Part shown: positions 1-7,096 of the stretch, one piece after another
Layout: each line of letters opens with the position of its first letter
How positions within the stretch are numbered: position 1 is the stretch's first letter
DNA from: Candidatus Heimdallarchaeota archaeon
GTDB taxonomy: Archaea; Asgardarchaeota; Heimdallarchaeia; Hodarchaeales; Hodarchaeaceae
Direction: 5' to 3'
Assembly (NCBI GenBank): GCA_020348965.1
Contig: CP070760.1
Coordinates: 2,119,836-2,130,262, forward strand
DNA: 10,427 bases
Notes under the pieces: generated by a model
The model's input: the letters and a program-made list of their open reading frames with translations, nothing else
The model's database searches: none
What the model was told of the DNA's origin: nothing
Position numbers and translations under genes: made by a program

Positions 1-1
1 A

Positions 2-163
2 ACAGGTGTGACAGGAGAAATTACTCAAGTGCGCGTACGAGTCCTCGAAGGAAGAGATCGTGGACGGATTATTGTGCGAAATGTGAAGGGTCCAATCCGA
101 AAAGGCGACACCCTCCTGTTACGGGAAACCGAACGAGAAGCTCGTAACTTAAAACGTCCCTAA
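2..163 (+). CDS. rps28e: 30S ribosomal protein S28e, 5' end cut by the window edge
   Basis: The frame starting at nt 2 reads [53 protein letters not shown], with TAA at 161-163. The V.V.EGRD.GR...RNVKGP.R.GD.L.L.ETEREAR core is the S28e signature. L24e follows 33 nt downstream, as in the conserved archaeal S28e-L24e pair. It is absent from the ORF track because no start codon lies in the window. Confidence 0.9.
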   Translation, partial: TGVTGEITQVRVRVLEGRDRGRIIVRNVKGPIRKGDTLLLRETEREARNLKRP

Positions 164-196
164 ATTATGATTAATTAAAAAATAGTGGTGTTTCTT

Positions 197-400
197 ATGG
201 TTAGAACTTTTCAGTGCGCCTTCTGTGGCCATGATATCGAACCAGGGACTGGAATTTCCTTCGTACGTAGGAGTGGCCAGTTGGTTCGCTTTTGTAGTCG
301 AAAATGCCGTCGTTCTTTGATTGATTTTAAACGGGATCCTCGCAAGTTCAAATGGACTAAGAAGTATACGGCAAAGATGCGTGCAGTCTCCGAAGAATGA
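197..400 (+). CDS. rpl24e: 50S ribosomal protein L24e
   Basis: MVRTFQCAFCGHDIEPGTGISFVRRSGQLVRFCSRKCRRSLIDFKRDPRKFKWTKKY matches the L24e zinc-ribbon pattern (C.FCG..IEPGTG ... FCS.KC ... PRK..WT). I prefer ATG at 197 over the track's GTG at 185, because GGTG at 186-189 then sits 7 nt upstream as a Shine-Dalgarno-like element. The stop is TGA at 398-400. Confidence 0.92.
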   Translation: MVRTFQCAFCGHDIEPGTGISFVRRSGQLVRFCSRKCRRSLIDFKRDPRKFKWTKKYTAKMRAVSEE

Positions 401-424
401 AAGAATCAAATAACTAAATTGATA

Positions 425-1210
425 TTATGATTCTTCTGGTTCAGTAGAATCCTCTTCTTCTTCTCTTTCTTCCTCCTCTTCTTCTTTTGCTTCAGAGTCC
501 TCTTCTGTGGGTGTTTTTTCCTGGTAGTCAAAGAGATCGATAAATTTTACAACTCTAAAATCTAGAAAATCTCGTAGTTCTGTTGCTAACGAATATTTTG
601 CGATAGCCAGACCCTCCATAAACATTAGGTAATTAGGGAGAGAAATGGAAATTGTTGCTGGATCTTCCGATACTTCAATCGGTACATCTTCAAGATTAAT
701 TCCTGGAAATCGTCGTGAAATAATCTCTTTCCTGATTTCTTCCTCATTTTCTAAATGTTCTACAATAGTAACGTCAAAAACCAGATCTTTACCTGCCAGT
801 GGATGATTAAAATCGATGCGTGTCCTGCCTCCCCCAACCCAGAGTATGGTTCCGCTTCGTCCCGCCAATTGGACATGATTTCCCACCCTTGGATCAAGAT
901 TGGCCTTTCTAAGTCGTTTTGTTGGAACCATTTCGATCTTCTTTGTGTCTCTTTCTCCATATGCATCTTCTGTCGCAATTTCGATAGTTTGGGGTGAGTT
1001 CAACTCTAATCCCACAAGATTTTTAGCGAGTCCTGGAATTAGAAATTTTTCATCCCCAGCTCGACATAGTAATGGCGAATATGACCGTTTCTCATCAAAT
1101 ATATTCTCAGAGCGAGCGATGTCTTCCATAGTTGTATCAAAAACTTTGGAATTCTCTTTTAAGCGTCCAGTATAATCAATTTTTATCCAATCATTCTCTG
1201 AAATCGGCAT
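425..1210 (-). CDS. Long-type archaeal FKBP peptidyl-prolyl cis-trans isomerase (SlyD-like, with IF/flap insert and C-terminal domain) ending in a poly-acidic tail
   Basis: This is a 261-aa ORF. FKBP motifs are IKIDYTGRL..VFDTT, LIPGLAKNLVGLE and DAYGERD, followed by an inserted flap segment and the closing RTRIDFNHPLAGKDLVFDVTIVE. A further C-terminal domain of about 70 aa resembles the 26-30 kDa archaeal FKBPs. GAGGA lies 6 nt upstream of the ATG at 1208-1210. Confidence 0.85.
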   Translation of the reverse strand: MPISENDWIKIDYTGRLKENSKVFDTTMEDIARSENIFDEKRSYSPLLCRAGDEKFLIPGLAKNLVGLELNSPQTIEIATEDAYGERDTKKIEMVPTKRLRKANLDPRVGNHVQLAGRSGTILWVGGGRTRIDFNHPLAGKDLVFDVTIVEHLENEEEIRKEIISRRFPGINLEDVPIEVSEDPATISISLPNYLMFMEGLAIAKYSLATELRDFLDFRVVKFIDLFDYQEKTPTEEDSEAKEEEEEEREEEEDSTEPEES

Positions 1211-1233
1211 TTTGGATCCTCAAAAGAAATCTA

Positions 1234-1707
1234 TCATTCATCGTGAGCGGGTTTCATATTACGGTCGACTTCAATCAATTTCAACTTATATCCCTGTTCG
1301 CACTCAACAACTTCATCTGAAATCTTAATGATAGTGAGTTTTTCACCATTCTTTAGATAATTTGGACAACAATGATGGAAATGATGAGGACAATCAATTA
1401 AGTCGCAGTCACGATGGCTGAAGGTGACAGTTGCTCCCTCCACAGCTAGTTTTGCCCCAGTAGTGACCAGGTAAGACGGTTCAAAAATTTCCACGGTCTG
1501 TACTCCTTGGGCGAAAACATCACATGCATGTACAGTATCTTTTACGTTCGCAACTTCATAAACTCTGTTTTTCTCGAGTTTTAAACATGCTCCTCGAAGT
1601 CGACATTCTGAGCAGTTTTCAGTTTCACCCATAAAAATGAACTTGTTCCCTGGTTTTGACTGCTTAACACCTAATAGAGTTATTTTCAGAGGTTTCTCGA
1701 CAGTCAT
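1234..1707 (-). CDS. UPF0179-family archaeal protein with two cysteine clusters, function unknown
   Basis: This is a 157-aa ORF. Its layout matches my recollection of the UPF0179 family: N-terminal ITLLG....G..F.F.G....C..C in CSECRLRGAC, EKNR.Y....V, then a second cluster HRDCDLIDCPHHFHHCCP, and a C-terminal C..GYKL. It ends 23 nt upstream of the FKBP start. The family call is from memory and has not been checked by search. Confidence 0.6.
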   Translation of the reverse strand: MTVEKPLKITLLGVKQSKPGNKFIFMGETENCSECRLRGACLKLEKNRVYEVANVKDTVHACDVFAQGVQTVEIFEPSYLVTTGAKLAVEGATVTFSHRDCDLIDCPHHFHHCCPNYLKNGEKLTIIKISDEVVECEQGYKLKLIEVDRNMKPAHDE

Positions 1708-1838
1708 GGGGAGGTAAACTCCGCAAAATTTGGGCTATTTGTTGATTTAAGGTTATATGAGAGACTATCCTATTTTAACTTAATACTTTCTTTGAACCAA
1801 GCGAAGGCATCTGAGAATAAAAATTGGATTTTCATTCC

Positions 1839-2393
1839 TCACCCTCCAAAATAGTCTAATTCTCTTTTCCTCAGTTCTTCCATATTATTACAAGTCGCAT
1901 AATCTCTTAGTAAATTCAAATTCAAGTTAAAAAACTGTATTCCCCACTTAAAAATGGATAACACCTCTTTTGCTGCTTTTTCATTTGCTAGTAAGAAGAG
2001 TGCGGCCGCCAAAGCCTCTACACTAGTAAGTTTAGTGGGTTTGCCGTAATTTACGGGATTTGCGGCAATTAATTGGGGAAGACGTCTTGGGTTCGGGAAT
2101 CGTTTAGCAAAAATCTCCTCTGCTTGATTCCAAGAACAATCCAGAATTGTCAGTCCAGATTGGGTGAAGATCTCATTATCGGCAGACGAGAGAATGCTCT
2201 CTGTAAGAGGATTCAAAACGAGAGAATAACGCGGAATTTGAGGAATCCGTTCAACATAACGCATATCAGTAATGGCTGAGAATTTTTTTTGTTTAAAATA
2301 TCGCCAGACTTTTATTCCTGTGCATTTCTTTCGATCACATTGATTTGCATGGAAAATAGTTATTCTAGACCCAAAATTCGCTTTATTTTTCAT
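1839..2393 (-). CDS. tsr3: Tsr3 (DUF367) 16S/18S rRNA aminocarboxypropyltransferase
   Basis: The N-terminal RLI-type motif is RITIFHANQCDRKKCTGIK. The core is LVLNP...ILS..D......GLTILDCSWNQAEEIF......PRRLPQLIAANPVNYGKPTKLTSVEALAAALFLL, which is typical of Tsr3. The track ORF (to 2504) extends 37 codons into ABCE1 in another frame. I call ATG at 2391-2393 (MKNKANFG), giving 184 aa, the usual archaeal size. Confidence 0.8.
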   Translation of the reverse strand: MKNKANFGSRITIFHANQCDRKKCTGIKVWRYFKQKKFSAITDMRYVERIPQIPRYSLVLNPLTESILSSADNEIFTQSGLTILDCSWNQAEEIFAKRFPNPRRLPQLIAANPVNYGKPTKLTSVEALAAALFLLANEKAAKEVLSIFKWGIQFFNLNLNLLRDYATCNNMEELRKRELDYFGG

Positions 2394-4215
2394 AGTAATA
2401 TTCGCCTTGATTTTTTTGGAGGCGATCGAGCTTGGAGTGGAGTTTATTAACTCGGGGGCGCCCACTTCTAGGGTCTCGACGAAAAGTGATCTTAATGTTG
2501 CCAAGAAAACGATTCATCCCCGTTCGAACAGACGAGGGTGAGTATGCTTTCCCATAAACACCTGGAGTTCCCAGAAAGACTATTATTCGGTCACTCGCGT
2601 AGTCTTGGAAGACAATATCATGTTCTACTACAAAACACGCACTATTTCGGCTTTTAACTATCCTTCGAATAATTTTAGCTGCGGTCAGTCTGTCCTCGAT
2701 AGATAAGAAGGCTGAAGGTTCATCAAATAAGTAGATATCAGCATCTTTAGCCAACGTAGCTACTATCGCAACCTTTTGTAGTTCTCCCCCACTCAGGTAC
2801 TTAAGAGGTTGCTCAAATAGCTCAATTAATTGAAAAGGTTTGATGATCTCACTTTTAAACTGTGAAGTAGCGACCACTCCTCCGCCTGATTGCAACAGGA
2901 ATTCCTCGACTGTTTGGTCACTATTCAGAGTTATATATTGAGGTTTGTATGCTACTCGAAGAGTTTTTTCTATACTGTTCGTATCAACATCAGATGGCTT
3001 GTCAAGAGTAGTCTGGTTTATTACTCCTGCAGTAGGAGACTCCAAGCCCGCAAGCATCTTTATAAAAGTCGTTTTCCCAATTCCATTAGGCCCTAGGATT
3101 CCAATAATTTCATTTTGATGGATTGTTCCTTTGCGAACGTCTAAAGAGAAAGTCCCCTCTTGAAAGACTTTAGAAAGATCTTGATACGATAAAATTTCAT
3201 CTGAAACAATAATCTTTTCCCGGACAGAGGATTTTTCTAAGACGATTGAGTAATCACGAAATCTCATGTTTTCTGAGGGGATAAAACCATCAAGAAAGAC
3301 ATTAATCCCTTCTTTTTCCGAATATGGAAGAGATATTATTCCATAGGAAGAGGGGCTGCCATAAAAGGTGGTTACATAATCCGAAAGATAATCCAAAACA
3401 GCTAAGTCGTGTTCTACAATCACTACTGTCTTGTTGTGATCAATCAGGCTTCTGATGGTCTTACCGACGCGAAGACGTTCAAAAATGTCTAGAAATGATG
3501 AAGGTTCATCGAAGAGATAAATATCAGCCTCCCGAGCGATTGCCACCGCAACAGCTAATTTTTGGAGCTCACCACCCGAGAGGACCTTAATATCACGATC
3601 CCAGATCTCTTGGAGGGCCAGCTCTTCTCGTAGGTCATCGAGAATGTTCCTTTCATCAAAGCGTGTTATTGTTTCTTCCACGGTTCCCTTTACATGTCTA
3701 GAAATAGTATCAATATACTGAGGCTTTCTAACGCATTTTATTTCACTAGTAATCATTTTTTGAAAGTGATTCTGAAGTTCTGTGCCTTTATAATACTCAT
3801 GAACACGTTCCCAACTTGGATCCTCATCATGAACCCCAAAATTCGGGATGACTTCCCCAGCAAGAATTTTTAACGCTGTGGACTTACCGATTCCATTCTG
3901 ACCAACTAAACCATTGACCTTGCCAGGTTTAACAACAGGGAGCCGAAATAACGTAAAGCCATTTCTGCCAAATCGATGCGTAAGCTCCTCGTCTAATCGT
4001 TCAGGCGTATTGACAATAGTCAGGGCACGAAATCGACATGTCTTGGTACAAATGCCACACCCAGTACAAAAGTGCTCGTGAATGATTGGTTGGGAAACTG
4101 GGGTTTCAAACTCAAACATTTCGGTTCCTGAACGCACCACAGGGCAGGAACCACGGCATTCTTTGACACACTTCTTCGGTTTGCACTTATCGCTATCTAG
4201 CACAACAATTCGCAT
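2383..4215 (-). CDS. abce1: ABCE1 / RNase L inhibitor (RLI), the ribosome-recycling twin-ATPase with an N-terminal di-[4Fe-4S] domain
   Basis: This is a 610-aa ORF. The Fe-S domain is DKCKPKKCVKECRGSCP plus CTGCGICTKTC. There are two ABC cassettes, with Walker A GQNGIGKST and GPNGIGKTT. The signature plus Walker B motifs are LSGGELQKLAVAVAIAREADIYLFDEPSS and LSGGELQKVAIVATLAKDADIYLFDEPSA. The family-typical C-terminus is ITFRRDPRSGRPRVNKL......QK..GEYYY. Confidence 0.97.
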   Translation of the reverse strand: MRIVVLDSDKCKPKKCVKECRGSCPVVRSGTEMFEFETPVSQPIIHEHFCTGCGICTKTCRFRALTIVNTPERLDEELTHRFGRNGFTLFRLPVVKPGKVNGLVGQNGIGKSTALKILAGEVIPNFGVHDEDPSWERVHEYYKGTELQNHFQKMITSEIKCVRKPQYIDTISRHVKGTVEETITRFDERNILDDLREELALQEIWDRDIKVLSGGELQKLAVAVAIAREADIYLFDEPSSFLDIFERLRVGKTIRSLIDHNKTVVIVEHDLAVLDYLSDYVTTFYGSPSSYGIISLPYSEKEGINVFLDGFIPSENMRFRDYSIVLEKSSVREKIIVSDEILSYQDLSKVFQEGTFSLDVRKGTIHQNEIIGILGPNGIGKTTFIKMLAGLESPTAGVINQTTLDKPSDVDTNSIEKTLRVAYKPQYITLNSDQTVEEFLLQSGGGVVATSQFKSEIIKPFQLIELFEQPLKYLSGGELQKVAIVATLAKDADIYLFDEPSAFLSIEDRLTAAKIIRRIVKSRNSACFVVEHDIVFQDYASDRIIVFLGTPGVYGKAYSPSSVRTGMNRFLGNIKITFRRDPRSGRPRVNKLHSKLDRLQKNQGEYYYEK

Positions 4216-4413
4216 TTTATACGGTTACTCCATTCAAGTCGGGCTCAACTCTCCAATCTGGTTATTCTTTATTAAGAATTTTCAGAGTTGTGGTAAGAAA
4301 ATCGCTATCCTTTTCAAAAATTGGTACACACACTTTTCAAGATTAAATAAATGTAATAAAATGAAAGAAATCTTACTGGTTATGGATTTTTTAGAAGCTT
4401 AGTCTCAGAAGGG

Positions 4414-4421
4414 TTTAAAAA
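4414..4421 (+). promoter_or_regulatory. Candidate archaeal TATA box (TTTAAAAA) for the tusA-yeeE transcript
   Basis: GGG-TTTAAAAA-TC lies in the 277-nt divergent intergenic region. A start site about 25 nt downstream would leave a leader of roughly 50 nt, containing AAGGA at 4482-4486, 6 nt before ATG 4493. This rests on motif and position only. Confidence 0.35.
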
Positions 4422-4492
4422 TCTAAAAGATTCATCTTATTGAAAAAACTATCGATTAGTACTACTCTAGACCATGATTTTAAGGATAAATA

Positions 4493-4768
4493 ATGTTGAA
4501 TCATACTGTGAACGTCAATTGGTGTTGTTTTCAGGTGAAAAAAGTTACAGCAACTTTAGATCTCCGTGGAGAAGTCTGTCCCCTTCCTGAATTGAAAAGC
4601 AGAAGGATGATTAGAAAAATGAGGTCGGGAGAGGTATTGAAGATTATTATTGATTATTCAATGTCAGCAGATAGGATTCCTAGGATTATGAAATCCTATG
4701 GTCACGAAGTTTTATCAGTTAAAAAGATCGAAAATGCTGTATGGGAAATTCTCGTCCGATCTAAATAA
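4493..4768 (+). CDS. tusA: TusA/SirA-like sulfur carrier protein (CPxP motif)
   Basis: TLDLRGEVCPLPELKSRRMIRKMRSGEVLKIIIDYSMSADRIPRIMKSYGHEVLSV fits the TusA pattern LD.RG..CP.P........L..G..L.V..D......DIP......GH.L. The start is uncertain. ATG 4493 adds an unusual 14-aa leader (MLNHTVNVNWCCFQ), and in-frame GTG at 4535 would give the canonical length. Confidence 0.8.
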   Translation: MLNHTVNVNWCCFQVKKVTATLDLRGEVCPLPELKSRRMIRKMRSGEVLKIIIDYSMSADRIPRIMKSYGHEVLSVKKIENAVWEILVRSK

Positions 4769-4778
4769 GGGAAATTCA

Positions 4779-5873
4779 ATGATAGATTTATTAACGGCCT
4801 TTCCTGGAATTTCTCTTGGGATAATATTAGGATTTGTCTTACAACGTGGCCGTTTTTGCATGAACTCCGCATTTCGAGATATCCCAGTGTTTAAAGATTA
4901 TACTTTGCTCAAAGCGGTAGTCTTAGCAGTAGTATTCGAGATGATTATCTTTCATCTGTTAGCTCTAATGGATATTGTTTCATTGAGTCCTCCAGAGCTA
5001 TTTTGGCCTGGGGCAATAATTGGCGGGTTTCTCTTTGGTATAGGGATGGCATTCGCAGCAGGATGTGCCTCGGGTACCACATATCGTGTTGGTGAGGGGA
5101 TGATGGGATCCTTGATGGCCCTACTTGGATTAATAATCGGAGGGTATACTACTGAGAATGGAATTCTTTCTGTACTCGTCAATAACCCTGACTTGGGACT
5201 GAGGTCTACCCAATTCAGGATTGCTGCTGCCGATGGCTCATCCCTTACATTGGGGAACGTCTTTGGGACGAGTCTCACTCCGATTTTAACTTGGGGAATT
5301 GTCATTCTGCTCACAGGGGCTAGTATAATTCTATTGGTCTGGAAAGCATACTTGCCCTGGAAGAAAAAGGGGAATAAAATCGATAGAAACCATTTGTTAG
5401 AAAGAATTTTCAAAGGAGGTGGTTGGAAATGGTGGATCACTGGAATAGCTATCGGGTTGATAGGATCTATTGCAATAATATGCACCACTGTCATTGTTGA
5501 GATGGGTTCGTGTAATGCTTATCCATTGGGGTTTATCGGGGGTTGGAATGGACTACTAGGCTATATAATCACTGGAGCTGATACTGCCTTAAGCTGGTCT
5601 GTCTTTCTTGTCATTGGTGTTGTGATGGGTGCTTTTATTGCAGCAAATATTGCTGGAGAATTTAAACTTCGTGCCCCAAAGGACGGTAAGGTACTATTCC
5701 TTCAGTTTGTTGGTGGAACTATGATGGGAATTGGAGCCGTGTTCGCGGGTGGATGTAATATCAGTAATACTCTGATAGGAGTACCTCAATTATCTGTTGC
5801 CAGCATAATTACTACAATTTTCATAATACTAGGAGTCTGGGTAAAGAATTATTCCTATTGGTTAGAGAAGTGA
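4779..5873 (+). CDS. yeeE: YeeE/YedE-family sulfur (thiosulfate) transporter
   Basis: This polytopic membrane protein carries the three conserved Cys motifs of the family: RGRFCMNSAFRD (TGC 4857-4859), AAGCASGTTYR (TGT 5064-5066) and AGGCNISN (TGT 5754-5756). I call ATG 4779 (MIDLLTAFPG...), 10 nt after the tusA stop with AAGGGA upstream. The track's start at 4698 would overlap tusA with a non-membrane leader. Confidence 0.85.
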   Translation: MIDLLTAFPGISLGIILGFVLQRGRFCMNSAFRDIPVFKDYTLLKAVVLAVVFEMIIFHLLALMDIVSLSPPELFWPGAIIGGFLFGIGMAFAAGCASGTTYRVGEGMMGSLMALLGLIIGGYTTENGILSVLVNNPDLGLRSTQFRIAAADGSSLTLGNVFGTSLTPILTWGIVILLTGASIILLVWKAYLPWKKKGNKIDRNHLLERIFKGGGWKWWITGIAIGLIGSIAIICTTVIVEMGSCNAYPLGFIGGWNGLLGYIITGADTALSWSVFLVIGVVMGAFIAANIAGEFKLRAPKDGKVLFLQFVGGTMMGIGAVFAGGCNISNTLIGVPQLSVASIITTIFIILGVWVKNYSYWLEK

Positions 5874-5934
5874 GAAACATCAATTATAAAAATTCCTTAC
5901 CGAATTGAGAGATCACACACATTAAAATCGTCTA

Positions 5935-5958
5935 TTAGTTTTAGAATTTTAGTTTTAG
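5935..5958 (+). repeat. Direct repeat TTAGTTTTAG-AATT-TTAGTTTTAG upstream of the 7TM gene
   Basis: Exact 10-nt copies lie at 5935-5944 and 5949-5958, a 14-nt period. They sit 37-60 nt upstream of ATG 5995. GGAG at 5987-5990 lies between the repeat and the start. Confidence 0.6.
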
Positions 5959-5994
5959 GGATGAAAGAAAAAACACAAGTCAAATAGGAGAATA

Positions 5995-6909
5995 ATGGGT
6001 TTGGTACCTTTGAATATTGAACAGTGGCTTGTAATCATACTCGGTACCTTATCTATTATTCCAACAATAGTCCTGTTTATACAATACAGGAAAACACTCA
6101 TCGTTGATTTCTTATTATTTTCTGGAGTATTCTTATCGGTCACTATTGCAGCTTTTAGCCAAATAGTGGCCGATGCCACCGACATTTTGTTGTTTTTTCA
6201 ACTTCATTGGTGGTCTCTTGCATTTACATCATTATTGTTTTTCTTACATGCCTCGCGAATTCTGTGGACACGGACTCCATCAGTGATTTTGTTTATTGGA
6301 ATCTCTTGGTTTGTTATATTGATCGTCTTAATCTCTCTTTGGGAAATTATGCCCCAAGAAGAAACTGCTTTTGTACTATTTACGGAAATGCCTGCTGTAC
6401 CTAGTTCTTATCATCCAAAAGGCGCAGGGTTTGCCGTGAGCGGTGGTGTCATTCTTTTTTCGTCTAGTTACACTATACTCTGGATTCTTTACCTTATTTG
6501 CACAACCTTGTTACTCATTTTTGCCTATAAAATCGTCAATCCCCCCTATCCCTCGCAGCGGATTGTCTTAACAAAAAGAATGTGGCTTGTTGTATGGATT
6601 TTAGTCCTAGGTTTTGCTATATTTGAGATACCATGGATCTTGGATTATTTTGACTTCATTACGGTAGCCCTTAGCTATTTTTTAATTGTACTCGCGGAAA
6701 TGATCTCTGCCTTGATTGCTATTTTTATACCAGAATCAATGTTAATTTCTCATGCTCAACTCCTGAGAGCACACAAATTATACGAAAAACTACAGCAGTT
6801 AAAGTCAAAGGAAGAAATAGCTCAATTTGGCATGGAGTCGTTAGTTAAATATCTGAAAAGTATTCCAGAAGAACAAATGCAAGAGATTTATCCCGATACG
6901 ATTACTTGA
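5995..6909 (+). CDS. Hypothetical polytopic membrane protein, about 7 TM segments plus a helical charged C-terminal tail of about 55 aa
   Basis: This is a 304-aa ORF with GGAG 4 nt upstream of the ATG. About seven hydrophobic stretches of 19-27 residues are visible (for example WLVIILGTLSIIPTIVLFIQY, SVILFIGISWFVILIVLISLW and FITVALSYFLIVLAEMISALIAIFI). They are followed by AQLLRAHKLYEKLQQLKSKEEIAQFGMESLVKYLKSIPEEQMQEIY. I recognise no family motif. Confidence 0.6.
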   Translation: MGLVPLNIEQWLVIILGTLSIIPTIVLFIQYRKTLIVDFLLFSGVFLSVTIAAFSQIVADATDILLFFQLHWWSLAFTSLLFFLHASRILWTRTPSVILFIGISWFVILIVLISLWEIMPQEETAFVLFTEMPAVPSSYHPKGAGFAVSGGVILFSSSYTILWILYLICTTLLLIFAYKIVNPPYPSQRIVLTKRMWLVVWILVLGFAIFEIPWILDYFDFITVALSYFLIVLAEMISALIAIFIPESMLISHAQLLRAHKLYEKLQQLKSKEEIAQFGMESLVKYLKSIPEEQMQEIYPDTIT

Positions 6910-6986
6910 GGTAGAGCCTGCTTCAATGGAATTGATAGAACGTCTCCATGAAGTGGATACACATGGATAAGACGAACTATTGGCTG

Positions 6987-6992
6987 TTTTTT
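6987..6992 (+). terminator. Oligo-T tract (T6), candidate archaeal termination signal after the 7TM gene
   Basis: GGCTGTTTTTTCC lies 78 nt downstream of the TGA at 6907-6909, in non-coding sequence and ahead of the next candidate promoter. Confidence 0.35.
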
Positions 6993-7061
6993 CCAAACCA
7001 GATGTAGGTAGTAAGACCAGAGATTTGGGTAAGAGGATTAGAATGTGAAACCCTCAAAACG

Positions 7062-7069
7062 TTTAAATA
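7062..7069 (+). promoter_or_regulatory. Candidate TATA box (TTTAAATA) giving a leaderless or near-leaderless transcript for the small membrane ORF
   Basis: AAAACG-TTTAAATA ends 27 nt before ATG 7097. With the usual TATA-to-start spacing of about 25 nt, transcription would begin at or just before the ATG. No SD-like element lies in between. Confidence 0.4.
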
Positions 7070-7096
7070 GATGAGGGATCCTAGTGTTTGACTAGA

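Noticed and set aside
149-1320. Track ORFs 149-409(-), 755-997(+), 760-978(-), 900-1175(+) and 1132-1320(+)
   Set aside because: All overlap or lie antisense to the well-supported L24e, FKBP or UPF0179 genes. They have no start context or recognisable motifs.
1708-1838. 130-nt gap between Tsr3 and UPF0179 examined for an RNA gene, including a small GGAG/CUCC hairpin just upstream of ATG 1707
   Set aside because: It holds only AT-rich TATA-like motifs and an A5/T5 run, consistent with a terminator and an internal promoter. The hairpin has only 4 bp, and there is no tRNA T-loop, C/D box or extended structure.
2394-2504. 37-codon N-terminal extension of the Tsr3 ORF (MATLRSLFVETLEV...)
   Set aside because: It overlaps the conserved ABCE1 C-terminus in another frame. 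The Tsr3 family motif begins only after Met38, and the internal ATG gives the normal protein length.
2073-3096. Track ORFs 2073-2279(+) and 2890-3096(+)
   Set aside because: They are antisense to Tsr3 and ABCE1 respectively, and are short with no motifs.
4027-4071. The second ferredoxin-type motif of ABCE1 ends CR (CTGCGICTKTCRF), not the usual CP
   Set aside because: All eight cluster cysteines are present, and this is a single-residue deviation from the motif. I cannot show it matters without an alignment, so it is likely ordinary lineage variation.
4082-4402. 106-aa ORF on the + strand across the ABCE1 start and the divergent intergenic region
   Set aside because: It starts antisense inside the ABCE1 Fe-S domain and runs through AT-rich promoter DNA. 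It has no SD, no motif and a low-complexity product.
4952-5494. 180-aa ORF on the - strand
   Set aside because: It lies entirely antisense within the strongly supported YeeE CDS. Its product is Pro/Ile/Asn-rich with no motif, so it looks like an antisense shadow ORF of a Gly/Ile-rich membrane gene.
5955-6404. Track ORFs 5955-6185(-) and 6207-6404(+)
   Set aside because: They overlap the 7TM gene, which has the better start context (GGAG) and a coherent TM pattern over 304 aa.
6400-6480. Rhomboid-like GxSG in the 7TM protein (GFAVSGGVILF)
   Set aside because: The motif is A-V-S-G, not G-x-S-G. No partner His sits in a downstream TM, and there is no HxxxN or WR motif. The resemblance is superficial.
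6926-7048. 40-codon frame (MELIERLHEVDTHG*DELLAVFSKPDVGSKTRDLGKRIRM) in the spacer after the 7TM gene, possibly a gene remnant
   Set aside because: It is too short, has an internal TAA and contains the T6 terminator candidate. It has no recognisable motif, and chance open frames of this size are expected.
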